Assembly: GCA_963712855.1 (NCBI GenBank)
Contig: CAVQJN010000002.1
Span: 1,881,282 to 1,945,281 of the forward strand
DNA from: Thermoanaerobaculia bacterium
GTDB taxonomy: Bacteria; Acidobacteriota; Thermoanaerobaculia; Multivoradales; JAGPDF01
Direction of reading: 5' to 3'
DNA length: 64,000 nucleotides
Shown: positions 30,852 through 42,795 of the stretch, piece after piece
Position numbering within the stretch: position 1 is the first letter of the stretch
Layout of the letters: every line of letters starts with the position of its first letter
Program-made: the position numbers and the translations under genes
The notes under the pieces: model-generated
Database searches by the model: none
The model's input: the letters and a program-made list of their open reading frames with translations, nothing else
Told to the model about the DNA's origin: nothing

Positions 30852-31992
30852 CTACTTCAAGATCCAATCGGCGATCACGATCTTCTGGATCTCGCTCGTT
30901 CCTTCGTAGATTTCGGTGATGCGGGCGTCGCGGAAGAATCGCTCGACGTCGTACTCCCGCGTATAGCCATATCCACCATGGATCTGGAGAGCCTTGTTGG
31001 TGACCCGTTGCGCCACCTCCGAGGCGAAGAGCTTGGCCTGTGCCGCCTCGAGCGTGTATCTCTTCTGTGTCTCCTTGGCCCAGGCCGCCTTGTAGACGAG
31101 AAGCCGCGCGGCATCGAGATCCATGGCCATGTCGGCCAGGTAGAACTGAATGGCCTGGAAGCCAGCGATCGCCTTGCCGAACTGTCGGCGTTCTTGCGCG
31201 TACGCGAGGGCTGCCTCGAACGCGCCTTGCGCGATCCCGACCGCCTGAGCCGCGATCCCGATGCGGCCGCCGTCGAGCGTCGCCATTGCGATCTTGAAGC
31301 CGCTGCCTTCCTCGCCCAGCCTCTGACTCGCCGGGACGCGCATCTCGTCGAAGAAGAGTTGCGTCGTGCCCGACGCCTGGACGCCCAACTTGTACTCGTG
31401 CTCGCCGCGCCGAAATCCCGGCGTATCCACCGGAACGATGAAACAGGTGATCCCGCGGTGCCCCTGCTCGAGATCCACGTTCGCGAAGACCAGGGCGATG
31501 TCGGCGTGGGTTCCATTGGTGATGAAAACCTTGCCGCCGTCGAGAACGTAGGAGTCGCCATCGCGGCGGGCAGTCGTCCGCAGAGCGCCCGCATCGCTTC
31601 CCGCCTCGGACTCGGTGAGCGCAAAGCAACCCAGCTTCGTTCCGGACGCGAGGGGCGCGAGGAGTTCGCGCTTCTGTTCCTCGCTGCCGTAGCGGAGCAA
31701 CGGATCGCACACCAACGAATTGTTCACCGAGAGAATGACGCCGCTCGAGGCACAGACCTTCGAGATCTCCTCGATCGCCACCGCGTAGGCGACCGCGTCC
31801 ATGCCCGCACCGCCGTACTCCTCGGGGATATAGACACCCGCAAGCCCGAGCTTCTCCGGCGGCCCGGAAGAAGTCGAGCGGGAACTCGCCACTGGCATCG
31901 ATCTCCTTCGCGCGAGGCGCCACAACCTCCTGCGCGAATCGGCGCACGGTGTCGCGCAGCAGGGCCTGCTCTTCGCTCAGTTCGATCTGCAT
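30852..31992 (-). pseudogene. Second tandem acyl-CoA dehydrogenase, interrupted by a single-base frameshift near nt 31855-31866 (pseudogene or assembly indel)
   Basis: The N-terminal 46 aa (MQIELSEEQALLRDTVRRFAQEVVAPRAKEIDASGEFPLDFFRAAGE) read in one frame from the ATG at 31992. The rest (KLGLAGVYIPEEYGGAGMD...YEGTSEIQKIVIA) reads in the -1 frame. The junction lies in the run ccgccggagaag. Confidence 0.7.
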
Positions 31993-32116
31993 GACTCTCC
32001 TCGGAGTTTTGCGCATCGCCGGCAGCGATGCGCCGGAATCGTACCAGCAGCTCCGGCTACCGTGTCGCCCGAAAGACTTGGCGCAAAGACCCCGATCGGG
32101 AGAGAATCGCCGCGCC

Positions 32117-32389
32117 ATGAGCGCCACCCCTACCCGCTTGAGCTACACGGAGCTCGAGATCCGTTCCTACCTGCCCTCCGGCTGGGGAATCCAGCCCGAC
32201 TCGGCCCCGCGGTGGAACGCCGCGCGCGGCGTCTGGGCGATCGATGTCTACGATGGTGCCGACAACATCTGGGCGGTCGAAGTGAAGGCCGACGAGACCT
32301 CGCGCGGCGATCGACTCGCCGCTCTCAAGGCCAGCTTCGACCGCTTGCAGCGCAAGGCCCTGGGCCGGAAGTCGGTGCTGACGGGCTGA
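32117..32389 (+). CDS. Small hypothetical protein (~90 aa)
   Basis: Internal ATG of the track ORF 31949-32389. It occupies the only intergenic gap between the ACAD start and the pyrE stop. It has a plausible composition but no recognisable motif. Confidence 0.35.
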   Translation: MSATPTRLSYTELEIRSYLPSGWGIQPDSAPRWNAARGVWAIDVYDGADNIWAVEVKADETSRGDRLAALKASFDRLQRKALGRKSVLTG

Positions 32390-32430
32390 TCCCGGGCGGC
32401 CCCGCGAACCGCTCGCCGAAGCCGCACGGG

Positions 32431-33015
32431 TCAGGGCTGCGGCCTGCTGCCGGGCTTCACGGGCCGCGATCCCTTCGCGCAGAGCGGGCAATCCGCGGCG
32501 CTCCAGGTCGGCAAATCGAGCTGCGTGAGGTGGAGAAAAGGCACGGAAAAGCCATGATCTCCGCCGGATCGATCGAGGATGGAGGCAATCGCGAGCACGC
32601 TCGCTCCCGCCTGCGTCGCGACCTCCGAGGTCTCGATCGTCGATTTACCGGTTGTCACGACATCCTCCACGACCACCACCCGCTCACCGCTCGCTAGCTC
32701 GAATCCACGCCTCAAGGCGAGCTCGCTACCGGCGCGCTCGACGAAACGAAACGGAACTCCGAGAGCGGCCGCGACCTCGTGCCCGATGATCACTCCGCCG
32801 AGGGCCGGTGCAAGGACCGAGTCCACCTCGATCCCGGCGGATCGGACGAGAGCAGCGAGCTCGGCACCCGCCCGGCGAGCCCGCGTCGGCTCGGACAGGA
32901 GCAGGGCGCACTGGACGTAGGCCGGTGAGTGCCGACCCGAGGAGAGGAGGAAATGTCCGTGGCGCAATGCGCCACAGGCTTCGAGCTCGTCCTTCCACGC
33001 TTCAGCTGTCGTCAC
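32431..33015 (-). CDS. pyrE: Orotate phosphoribosyltransferase
   Basis: PRPP-binding motif VVVVEDVVTTGKST and typical length. Confidence 0.8.
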   Translation of the reverse strand: MTTAEAWKDELEACGALRHGHFLLSSGRHSPAYVQCALLLSEPTRARRAGAELAALVRSAGIEVDSVLAPALGGVIIGHEVAAALGVPFRFVERAGSELALRRGFELASGERVVVVEDVVTTGKSTIETSEVATQAGASVLAIASILDRSGGDHGFSVPFLHLTQLDLPTWSAADCPLCAKGSRPVKPGSRPQP

Positions 33016-34390
33016 TTTCCGCGTCCTTTCGCCGGATCTCGTACTGGTCGAGCTTCTTGTAGAGGTTGCTGCGCGGCGTTCCGATCGCCAAGGCCGTCTG
33101 GGTCACGTTCCAGTCGTGCTCATCCAACTTCTGGAGCAGGAACAGCTTCTCGGCCTGGTCCCGGAACTCACGCAGCGTCTCGAGACCGTGAAAGGCCTGA
33201 GCCAGCTCCGGCCGGCCGCCGCCGACCACCGCGGCGACATCGGCCTCCACGACGGTCTCGCCCGGCGCCAGGATGAGCAGACGCTCCACCACGTTGCGGA
33301 GCTCACGGACGTTCCCCTTCCAGGGCTGTCGAGCGAGCAATGTGAGTGCCCCCTCGGAAAAGGACTTCGTCTTGTAGTTAGCGGTCTCCGCGAAGCGGCG
33401 CGCGAAGTGCTCGACCAAGAGAAGGAGATCCTCGAGGTGCTCGCGTAAGGGTGGGGTGCGAATCGGGACCACGTTGAGGCGATAGTAGAGATCTTCGCGA
33501 AAGCGTCCCCGGTGCATCTCCTCCTCTAGATCCCGGTTGGTCGCCGCGACGACCCGAACGTCGACTCGGATCATCTTCTCGGCGCCGACCGGCTCGACGT
33601 CTCCGCTCTCCAGGACCCTCAACACCTTGGCCTGAGCGCGCGCCGAGAGGTCTCCGATCTCGTCCAGGAAGATCGTTCCGCCGTCCGCGGCCACGAATTT
33701 GCCGATCTGCTTGCGCACGGCACCGGTGAAGCTTCCTTTCTCGTGGCCGAACAGCTCCGACTCGATCAGCTCTTCCGGGATAGCGGCGCAGTTGACGCGT
33801 ACGAAGGCCTGATTGCGCCGCGGCGAGCGGGCGTGAACCGCGCGTGCGACCAACTCCTTGCCGGTGCCGCTCTCCCCCGACACCAGCACGGTCGCGGGAG
33901 TCGGCGCCGCCCTTTCGATGGTGTCGCGAAGCTTCCGGACCGCCGCCGAAGTTCCGACCAGATCGTCGGGCACCGCCGTGCCCCCTTCCGCCTGCCTGGA
34001 CTCCTTGCGCAATCGCCACGACTCCACCGCGTTCCGCAGAGAAAGGAGGACTCGATCCCGCTCGAACGGTTTCTCGAAGAAATCGAAGGCGCCTCGCCGG
34101 GTGGCCTCGACAGCCGTTGGGACGTCGGCGTGTCCGCTGACCACCAAGACGGGCATGTCGTAGCCGCGCTCGCGCAACTGGCGGAAGGTCTCCAGCCCGT
34201 CCATCTCCGGCATCCGCAGATCGAGCAGGATGGCGTCCGGAGGGCGATCGCGAGCGATCTGAAGCGCCTCGATACCGGTGGCCGCCGTCTCGACCCGGTA
34301 GCCCTCGAACTCGAGGGTCATGCGCAAGCTGTCTCGAATACTGCTCTCATCGTCGACGACGAGAACGGAGGCGCGTTGCGAGGGCGGCAT
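33002..34390 (-). CDS. Sigma-54-dependent response regulator (NtrC family: REC + AAA+ + Fis-type HTH)
   Basis: Start taken at MPPSQRASVLVVDDE. The product has the GESGTGKELVARAVH Walker A, the ESELFGHEKGSFTGA GAFTGA motif, and a C-terminal HTH (WNVTQTALAIGTPRSNLYKKL). Confidence 0.85.
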   Translation of the reverse strand: MPPSQRASVLVVDDESSIRDSLRMTLEFEGYRVETAATGIEALQIARDRPPDAILLDLRMPEMDGLETFRQLRERGYDMPVLVVSGHADVPTAVEATRRGAFDFFEKPFERDRVLLSLRNAVESWRLRKESRQAEGGTAVPDDLVGTSAAVRKLRDTIERAAPTPATVLVSGESGTGKELVARAVHARSPRRNQAFVRVNCAAIPEELIESELFGHEKGSFTGAVRKQIGKFVAADGGTIFLDEIGDLSARAQAKVLRVLESGDVEPVGAEKMIRVDVRVVAATNRDLEEEMHRGRFREDLYYRLNVVPIRTPPLREHLEDLLLLVEHFARRFAETANYKTKSFSEGALTLLARQPWKGNVRELRNVVERLLILAPGETVVEADVAAVVGGGRPELAQAFHGLETLREFRDQAEKLFLLQKLDEHDWNVTQTALAIGTPRSNLYKKLDQYEIRRKDAESDDS

Positions 34391-34408
34391 CGGATGAAGT
34401 CTAGCAAC

Positions 34409-34456
34409 GCCGAAAAACGAACGGCGGACCCAGGGCGTCATGCCCTCGGCCCGCCG
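34409..34456 (-). terminator. Putative intrinsic terminator between the protease gene and the NtrC-like gene
   Basis: On the minus strand there is a roughly 14-bp GC stem (GGCGGGCCGAGGGC / GCCCUGGGUCCGCC, one mismatch, one G-U) with a 5-nt loop, followed by GUUCGUUUUUCGG. Confidence 0.4.
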
Positions 34457-34477
34457 TGATCTTCGGATGTCCTTGCG

Positions 34478-36013
34478 TCAGGGGACGCGGACGATCGCGA
34501 AGAAGCTCACCGGACTGTTCTGCCCCCGAGGGTCGTATCGAGTCACGTAGAACCTCAGGTAGGCACCCGTCTTCTCATCCTTGACGAGCTTCTCGAACTG
34601 ATCGCCGCTGGTGACTTTCTGACCGTTGACCTCGGTGATGACATCGCCCGGGGCCACGCCCTCGTCGACCAGCGGGCTCTCCGCCGAAACCTCCCGCGCC
34701 ACGATTCCATCGACCCGGTCCGGCACGCCGAGGCTCTGCCGGATCTGCGGCGTGAGGTCCTGGAAGTCCAGGCCGAGCCAGTCGATTCCGTGCGTCCCTT
34801 CATCGCCCGGCGTCGCCTCGGCAGCGCTGTCACCCTGGCGCTCTTCCAGCTTGGCGTGCTTGGTCAAGCGCTTGCCATCGCGCAGGATCTGGATCGCCAC
34901 CGTCGAGCCGGGGCTCTGTCGTGACACGTAGTCGATCAGGTCCCGGGTCTGCTTGACCTCGTGCCCGTCGACCGCCACGATGATGTCCCCGTGCTCGATG
35001 TCGGCAGCGTCCGCCGGTGACCCTCCGACGACGGTGGTCACCAACGCGCCGTCGGTCGACGAGAGACCGAACGCCTGGGCGCGGTCCCAGTCGAGATTCT
35101 GGATGTTCACCCCCAGGTAACCCCGCGAGACCTTGCCCTTCTCTTTCAGTTGAGGCAGGACGCTCTTCAGGGTATTCACGGGCACCGCGAATCCGATGTT
35201 CTCGGCTCCCCAGTTCATCGCCGTCGCGATACCGACGACCTGGCCACGAACGTTGACCAGTGGCCCGCCGGAGTTGCCCCGATTGATCGCGGCGTCCGTC
35301 TGAATGAAGTTCTCGAAGGACACGTCGCGGGTCAGGCCGATGGAGCGCCCCTTGGCGCTGACTACGCCCACCGTCACGGTGTGGTCGAGCAGCAGGGGGT
35401 TGCCAATCGCCATGACCCAGTCCCCGACTCTCAACTGGTCGCTGTCGCCGAGTGGCAGGACCGGCAGGGCGTGCCCGGCATCGATCTTGAGCAGCGCCAG
35501 GTCAGTCGCCGGATCGGCACCCTTGAGCTCCGCTTCGTAGTAGCGATCGTCCAGCCGCACGCGAATCTTGCTCGCTCCTTCGATCACGTGATTATTGGTC
35601 ACGATGAAACCGTCCGGCGACACGATGAATCCGCTTCCACCCGCGCTCGATCTGTACTCGCGCGGCGAGTTGCCTTCGGGACGGTCCGGGCGCTGTTGGC
35701 CGTGCGGATTATTGAAGAAGAACTCGAAGGGATCGCTCGGCGTCCCACGCCGACCCTGAGGCGCCTTCTCGATCGTCTCGGCATCGATCGAAACGACGGC
35801 GGGCAGAGCCTCTTGCGCCAAGTCCGCAAAGGACGGCAACGAAGCCGTCCCTCCGGGCGCGGTCACCGCGGCAGCCGTCTGGGCTGCGGTCGTGGCCGGT
35901 GCGGCGTGACCCTGCGGACTAAGGTCCAGCGCCCCGGCGAGAACCATGCCGAACACTGCCGAAGCCAAGAGCATCGAAAACGTGACGAATTGTCGCCTGC
36001 GACCGGAACTCAT
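34478..36013 (-). CDS. Periplasmic serine endoprotease of the HtrA/DegP (Do) family with two PDZ domains
   Basis: Signal peptide, trypsin-like core (GGSGFIVSPDGFIVTNNHV...GNSGGPLV), then two PDZ-like segments. Confidence 0.85.
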   Translation of the reverse strand: MSSGRRRQFVTFSMLLASAVFGMVLAGALDLSPQGHAAPATTAAQTAAAVTAPGGTASLPSFADLAQEALPAVVSIDAETIEKAPQGRRGTPSDPFEFFFNNPHGQQRPDRPEGNSPREYRSSAGGSGFIVSPDGFIVTNNHVIEGASKIRVRLDDRYYEAELKGADPATDLALLKIDAGHALPVLPLGDSDQLRVGDWVMAIGNPLLLDHTVTVGVVSAKGRSIGLTRDVSFENFIQTDAAINRGNSGGPLVNVRGQVVGIATAMNWGAENIGFAVPVNTLKSVLPQLKEKGKVSRGYLGVNIQNLDWDRAQAFGLSSTDGALVTTVVGGSPADAADIEHGDIIVAVDGHEVKQTRDLIDYVSRQSPGSTVAIQILRDGKRLTKHAKLEERQGDSAAEATPGDEGTHGIDWLGLDFQDLTPQIRQSLGVPDRVDGIVAREVSAESPLVDEGVAPGDVITEVNGQKVTSGDQFEKLVKDEKTGAYLRFYVTRYDPRGQNSPVSFFAIVRVP

Positions 36014-36076
36014 CTGCTTTGGATCTCCTTTCGCGAGGCCACCGTTAGTAGAGCGACCTCCTGTGGAGACGCATTA

Positions 36077-36092
36077 GAGCAAACCTCGTGCC
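36077..36092 (-). promoter_or_regulatory. Sigma-54 (-24/-12) promoter directed toward the HtrA-family gene
   Basis: The minus-strand sequence reads GGCACGaggtTTGCT, with the GG and GC dinucleotides separated by exactly 10 nt, which is the TGGCAC-N5-TTGC consensus. The -12 element lies about 65 nt upstream of the ATG at 36013. Confidence 0.55.
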
Positions 36093-36247
36093 GTCTTCGC
36101 AGTTCCCCCGCACGAATGACCGGAAACGTCGGTCGCCACTTGATTTCGTCCCCATCTTGCCGGATACTTCCCTGGCCAGTCTGCCGGAAGTCGGGAAGGT
36201 GGGCCGACAAGCCCGCCTTTTTTGTTGTGGGCAGACTTCGAGGGACG

Positions 36248-36718
36248 ATGCCGGGCACCTCTCTGACGACGGAGCTCACGGCGGAGCTCGCGGCGGTGGC
36301 TGAAGCTCACGACTGCGAGCTGCTTCACGTGGAGTTCAAAGGGGGAACGTTGCGCATCTTTCTCGACCGGGAGGCCGGGGTGGGACTAGAGCATTGCGAG
36401 GCCGTGTCGAAGGAGGTTTCGGCGCTCCTCGACGTGGCCGATTTCGGACGGGGCCGTTACACCCTCGAGGTGAGCTCGCCCGGCCTCGATCGGCAGCTCC
36501 ATCGGGCGCGGGACTACCAACGCTTCCTGGGGCGGAAGGTCCGGATACGGCATCGGGATCCGCTGTCGGGTAAAAGGGCCACCGTCGTCGGACGGCTCAT
36601 GGATTTTCGCCTGGACGAGCGGGGTGAGGAGATCGAGCTGGGAGAGACCGAGTTGAAACAGAATCTGGTGATCCGGCTGTCGGACATCGAGCTGGCGCGA
36701 CTCGAGATCGAGATCTAG
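36248..36718 (+). CDS. rimP: Ribosome maturation factor RimP
   Basis: 157 aa immediately upstream of nusA, with a RimP-like central region (EVSSPGLDRQL). This is the internal ATG of the long track ORF 35150-36718. Confidence 0.75.
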   Translation: MPGTSLTTELTAELAAVAEAHDCELLHVEFKGGTLRIFLDREAGVGLEHCEAVSKEVSALLDVADFGRGRYTLEVSSPGLDRQLHRARDYQRFLGRKVRIRHRDPLSGKRATVVGRLMDFRLDERGEEIELGETELKQNLVIRLSDIELARLEIEI

Positions 36719-36726
36719 GAAAGAAC

Positions 36727-38259
<1,533 letters not shown>

Positions 38260-38315
38260 GGCTCGCACCGAAAGCGGCAAGAGTCGGTAGCGACAAAGAG
38301 GAGAAGTCGAAGCGT

Positions 38316-41144
38316 ATGCCAAAGATCCGGGTCCAAGACCTCGCGAAGATGATGGGGATCCCCGAGCAAGATCTCGTCTTCAAGTTGCGCTCGCTGGGAG
38401 TCCGCGTCGAGGGAGAAGACGCCGGAGTCGACCCCGAAGCCCTGCAGGCGATCATGCAGGGGCGCCGACTGTCTTCGCCGCGCGAAGTGATCATGGACGA
38501 TGCTGGCGAGGCCGCGCCTCCGGCCGGAAGACGCACCGGGCCGCCCGCGGCCGGGCCGGCTTCGACGACTCGCCGAAGCACCGCCAATCCCCTTCGCCCT
38601 TCCCGGCCCCGGACGATCATCCAAAAAGTCGAGCCTCGGATCATCACGATTCCGACCACTCAGCCGGAGCGGCCGCCCACTTCGGCCGAAGTGCCGCCGG
38701 CGCCGGCCGAGAAGACCGCTCCCCCGTCGGCACCCGCTTCATCGCAAGAGTCTCCGGCCGCAGAACGGCCCGCAGCCGCTGCCAAGCCACCGGCCGCTCC
38801 CGAAACGTCGGCACCCACGCCGGCTCCTCCGGCCAAACCGGCTCCGCCGCGTCGAGGAGCGATTCTCATCCATCGTCCCACCGAGCCCTACCGGCCGACT
38901 CCACCGCCAGGTCGCGGACGCAGGCCGCCCGGCAGCCCGAGCCGTCCGAGCCCCGGAGGCCGTTTCGGCGCGCCCGGTTCCGCACGTCCTGGCGCCCCGA
39001 GCCGGCCCGGCTACGGGCGGCCGCCGGGACCTGGACGCCCGGGTCCCGGAAGACCCGCACCCGGAAGACCGGGCGGGTTTCGACCCGCTGGCGCCCCTCC
39101 CCCGCCCGCAGCTGGGCCCGGCCGCGGTGACCGGCGATCAGACGGACCCGGCGGACGGGACAAGGCCAAGTCCAAGAAGGGACGAAAGACACAGTTGCTG
39201 CCGGAAAAGGACACGACGGACATCCGGCATTTGCGAGGGTCGCTCGAGGAGATCGAGGATGTCGTCGACGAGGCAGTCGTCCCCACGGGCTCGGCGGGCC
39301 GCCGGCGTCGGCGCGCCGCGGGTTCCGAAGGCGACCAGAGTGGGGCCTCCCTGGTCCCGACCCGTTCTGCGGATGAGGGCCCGGTCGTCATCTCGGAGGG
39401 CATGACCCTCCGCGAGTTCGCGGAGAAGGTCGGTGTCAAGGTCCGAGACCTGATCAAACTGCTCTTCGATCGCGGCGTCGTGGCGAACATCAACCACGTC
39501 ATCGAGCCCGAGTTGGGCGTCCAGCTCGCCCGGGACTTTGGACTCGAGGCCAAGGTCATGAGCTTCGAGGAGGAGATCCAGGCCAAGCTTGCCGGCGTGG
39601 AGGAACAGGACGAGACGACGGGCCAATCGTCACCACGCGCCCCGGTGGTCACGATCATGGGTCACGTCGACCACGGCAAGACGTCCCTGCTCGACAAGAT
39701 CCGCTCCTCGAAGATCACCGAAAGCGAGTTCGGTGGGATCACGCAGCACATGGGCGCGTACCACGTCGACGTCAAGAACCGCCAGATCGTCTTCCTGGAC
39801 ACGCCGGGACACGAGGCGTTCACGCTGATGCGCGCCCGCGGTGCACGGGTCACCGATGTGGTCATTCTCGTGGTCGCCGCCGACGACGGCGTGATGCCCC
39901 AGACACTCGAGGCGATCGACCACGCTCGGGCGGCCGGCGTGCCGATGATCGTGGCGCTCAACAAGATCGACAAGCCGAACGCGAGCCCCGAGAAGGTCAA
40001 GCAACAGCTCGCCGACAAGGGCCTCCTGCCCGAGGATTGGGGTGGTCAGACCGTCGTGGCTCCAGTCTCGGCATTGACCGGCGACGGTATCGACGATCTC
40101 CTCGAAATGGTCCTGCTGACCTCGGATCTACTCGAGCTCAAGGGCAATCCCGATCGACCCGCCCAGGGCGTCGTCCTCGAAGCCAGAAAGGAGACTGGAC
40201 GCGGCATCGTGGCGACAGTGTTGGTCCAGAACGGGACCCTGCACGTGGGCGACATCTTCGTCTCGGGAGCCGCGTGGGGCCGCGTTCGCTCCATGAATGA
40301 CGACCGCGCTCACCGCGTCGATGCGACCGGCCCGGCGACCGCCGCCGAGGTGACCGGATTCCAGGACGTGCCCGAAGCCGGGGATACTTTTCAGGCCGTC
40401 GGGGACGAGCAGAAGGCACGCAGCATCGTCGAGTTCCGGCAACAAGAGCAGCGCCGACGCGACCTCCTGCCCTCGGCCGGACGGACCACCCTGGCGCAAC
40501 TCTTCGACAAGATCGAACAGGGCGAGGTCAAGGAGCTCGGCATAGTGCTCAAGGCCGACGTTCAAGGATCGGTCGAAGTGCTGCGTGAAGCCATCGAGAA
40601 GCTGTCGACCTCCAAGGTCCGGATCGAGGTTCTGCACAGCTCGGTTGGCGCCGTTTCGACCAACGATGTCCTGCTCGCCGCCGCCTCCAAGGCGATCATC
40701 GTCGGCTTCAACGTTCGTCCCGAGAAGAACGCCGCCGAGCTGGCCGAGAAGGAGCAGGTCGAGATCCGCCTCCACACCGTGATCTACGAGCTGCTCGACG
40801 AGCTCAAGAAGGCGATGACCGGTCTTCTCGATCCGACCTTCAAGGAGGTTCATCGGGGCCGGGCGGAGGTCCGGGAGACCTTCAAGGTGCCCAAGGTGGG
40901 CACCATCGCCGGATGCCACGTCATCGATGGCATCGTGCCGAGAAGCGCCGGCGTGCGGCTGGTGCGCGACGGCAAGGTCGTCTATGAGGGCAAGATCTCC
41001 TCGCTCAAGCGATTCAAAGACGACGCCTCCGAAGTCCGCGCCGGCTTCGACTGTGGCATCGGGCTCGAGCGCTACCAGGACATCAAGCCGGGCGACGTGA
41101 TCGAGGCCTTCGCCAAGGAGGAAGTCGCCGCGGTCCTCGCCTGA
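38316..41144 (+). CDS. infB: Translation initiation factor IF-2
   Basis: Pro/Arg/Gly-rich N-terminal region, then a G domain ([24 protein letters not shown]) and C-terminal beta-barrels. 942 aa. Confidence 0.95.
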   Translation: MPKIRVQDLAKMMGIPEQDLVFKLRSLGVRVEGEDAGVDPEALQAIMQGRRLSSPREVIMDDAGEAAPPAGRRTGPPAAGPASTTRRSTANPLRPSRPRTIIQKVEPRIITIPTTQPERPPTSAEVPPAPAEKTAPPSAPASSQESPAAERPAAAAKPPAAPETSAPTPAPPAKPAPPRRGAILIHRPTEPYRPTPPPGRGRRPPGSPSRPSPGGRFGAPGSARPGAPSRPGYGRPPGPGRPGPGRPAPGRPGGFRPAGAPPPPAAGPGRGDRRSDGPGGRDKAKSKKGRKTQLLPEKDTTDIRHLRGSLEEIEDVVDEAVVPTGSAGRRRRRAAGSEGDQSGASLVPTRSADEGPVVISEGMTLREFAEKVGVKVRDLIKLLFDRGVVANINHVIEPELGVQLARDFGLEAKVMSFEEEIQAKLAGVEEQDETTGQSSPRAPVVTIMGHVDHGKTSLLDKIRSSKITESEFGGITQHMGAYHVDVKNRQIVFLDTPGHEAFTLMRARGARVTDVVILVVAADDGVMPQTLEAIDHARAAGVPMIVALNKIDKPNASPEKVKQQLADKGLLPEDWGGQTVVAPVSALTGDGIDDLLEMVLLTSDLLELKGNPDRPAQGVVLEARKETGRGIVATVLVQNGTLHVGDIFVSGAAWGRVRSMNDDRAHRVDATGPATAAEVTGFQDVPEAGDTFQAVGDEQKARSIVEFRQQEQRRRDLLPSAGRTTLAQLFDKIEQGEVKELGIVLKADVQGSVEVLREAIEKLSTSKVRIEVLHSSVGAVSTNDVLLAAASKAIIVGFNVRPEKNAAELAEKEQVEIRLHTVIYELLDELKKAMTGLLDPTFKEVHRGRAEVRETFKVPKVGTIAGCHVIDGIVPRSAGVRLVRDGKVVYEGKISSLKRFKDDASEVRAGFDCGIGLERYQDIKPGDVIEAFAKEEVAAVLA

Positions 41145-41181
41145 CCGCCCAGCCGGTTCGCCGGGCGATCCTGAATCGTCC

Positions 41182-41475
41182 ATGTACGTTGGCTACGGCG
41201 CGTTCGCGCTTCATTTGCCTCAGGTCCGCGACCTCAAGTCCAAACGTCGTGTGGTGCGGAGCTTGGTGGGCCGCATCCACTCTCGCTTCAGAGTTTCGGT
41301 GGCTGAAACCTCGAGCCACGAGCTTCACCAGCGAGCCGGCGTTGGAATCGCGGTCGTGGCGGCCGAGGCTCACGAGGTCGAACGGATCCTCGAGGCGATC
41401 CAGGCCCTGGTCGAGTCAGAGCCCGAGGTGGACGTGCTCGGGTGGGCACATGAAGTGATCGAAGAGGAAGAATGA
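41182..41475 (+). CDS. DUF503 (YlxP-like) protein conserved between infB and rbfA
   Basis: 97 aa. Its position and sequence match the YlxP family. Confidence 0.65.
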   Translation: MYVGYGAFALHLPQVRDLKSKRRVVRSLVGRIHSRFRVSVAETSSHELHQRAGVGIAVVAAEAHEVERILEAIQALVESEPEVDVLGWAHEVIEEEE

Positions 41476-41831
41476 GTCAACGCACAGACCGCATCGGTGA
41501 CCTCCTGCGCAGCGAGCTCGCGAGCCTCGTCCAGCGTGACATGCATGATCCCCGCGTCCGCCTCGTGACCATCACTCGCGTCGAGGTATCGCCGGACCTG
41601 CGTCACGCTCGCGTGGCGGTATCGGCCCTCGGCGAAGAAGCGCAGCGAACGGCCGCCGTCGAGGCTCTCGTGCACGCTCGCGGCTACCTGCGGCGCGAGC
41701 TCGCCCATCGCCTTTCGCTCCGGGTCACTCCGGAGCTCGAGTTCCATCTGGATCGCGGTGCCGAGCAAAGCCAACGCATCAGCGATCTGCTGGAGAGTCT
41801 GGCCCCCGAGGGAGATCCCGGTGATTCCTGA
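41472..41831 (+). CDS. rbfA: Ribosome-binding factor A
   Basis: RIGDLLRSELASLVQRDMHDPRV...VTITRVEVSPDLRHARVAVS. 119 aa. Confidence 0.85.
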   Translation: MSQRTDRIGDLLRSELASLVQRDMHDPRVRLVTITRVEVSPDLRHARVAVSALGEEAQRTAAVEALVHARGYLRRELAHRLSLRVTPELEFHLDRGAEQSQRISDLLESLAPEGDPGDS

Positions 41832-42795
41832 GGCGCTGCTGCAACCCATCCGCGGCGCACGCCGCATCCTCTTGAGCAGCCATGCGAATCCGGACGGCGA
41901 CGCCATCGGATCCGAGCTCGGTCTGGCCCGTATTCTCACCTCCCTGGGCAAGCAGGTCACGATATGGAATCTCGATGCTTGCCCCGGCATCTATCGCCAG
42001 CTACCCGGAGCCGAGGGGATCCACGTCGGCTCCGAGCCCCCTGCCGGCTACCCCGACGAGATCGATCTCGGGATCGTGCTGGAATGCCCGAGCCTCGACC
42101 GGACAGGACTCGAGGCTCGCTTGCGGGAGCTACCTCTTCTCAATATCGACCATCACCTGGGCAACACCGGATACGGAATTTCCAGCTGGGTCCAGGTGGA
42201 CGCCCCTGCCGTCGGCGTGATGGTCTCCCGGCTGGCACGCGCCCTGGAAGCGCCGCTCGACCATATAGCGGCCAATTGCCTCTACCTGGCCCTGGTCACC
42301 GACACGGGCGGATTCCGCTTCGCCAACGCGAACGCCTCAGCCTTCCGCGCCGCGGCCGAGTTGATCGAAGGAGGAGCCGAAGTCGAGACGGTCTCGAGAT
42401 GGCTCTACGAGAGCCAACCCGAGGGCGCCGTCCGCTTGCTCGGCGAGCTTCTGGCCACCCTCGAGCGCCATCGCCGAGTCGTCACGGTTCACCTGACCCT
42501 CGACGCCTTCACGCGGGCCGGAGCTGCAACCGGCGACTCGGAGGGGCTGGTCGACGTCCCTCGATCGATCGCCGGCGTCACCGCCGTGGCTCTCTTCCGG
42601 GAGCTCGGGCCCGACCTCTGGAAGATCTCGCTGCGTAGCCGCGGTCCAGTGGACGTCGAGCGAATCGCCCGCGGTTTCGGCGGCGGCGGCCATCCGAACG
42701 CGGCCGGCTGCCGCTTCGCCGGCACGATCGTCGAGGCCAAACGGCGATTCGTCGCTCTGCTCGAAGAGGTGGTGGAGGCGTCCGGTGCCGATTGA
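41821..42795 (+). CDS. DHH/DHHA1 phosphoesterase (NrnA-like oligoribonuclease / pAp phosphatase)
   Basis: ILLSSHANPDGDAIGSELGL, DHH (NIDHHLGNT) and GGGH motifs. The likely GTG start overlaps the rbfA stop. The track ORF starts at an upstream ATG inside rbfA. Confidence 0.75.
   Translation: MIPEALLQPIRGARRILLSSHANPDGDAIGSELGLARILTSLGKQVTIWNLDACPGIYRQLPGAEGIHVGSEPPAGYPDEIDLGIVLECPSLDRTGLEARLRELPLLNIDHHLGNTGYGISSWVQVDAPAVGVMVSRLARALEAPLDHIAANCLYLALVTDTGGFRFANANASAFRAAAELIEGGAEVETVSRWLYESQPEGAVRLLGELLATLERHRRVVTVHLTLDAFTRAGAATGDSEGLVDVPRSIAGVTAVALFRELGPDLWKISLRSRGPVDVERIARGFGGGGHPNAAGCRFAGTIVEAKRRFVALLEEVVEASGAD

Noticed and set aside
38500-39405. 301-aa alternative-frame ORF inside infB
   Set aside because: It is a frame-shifted reading of the Pro/Arg/Gly-rich IF-2 N-terminal region, not an independent gene.
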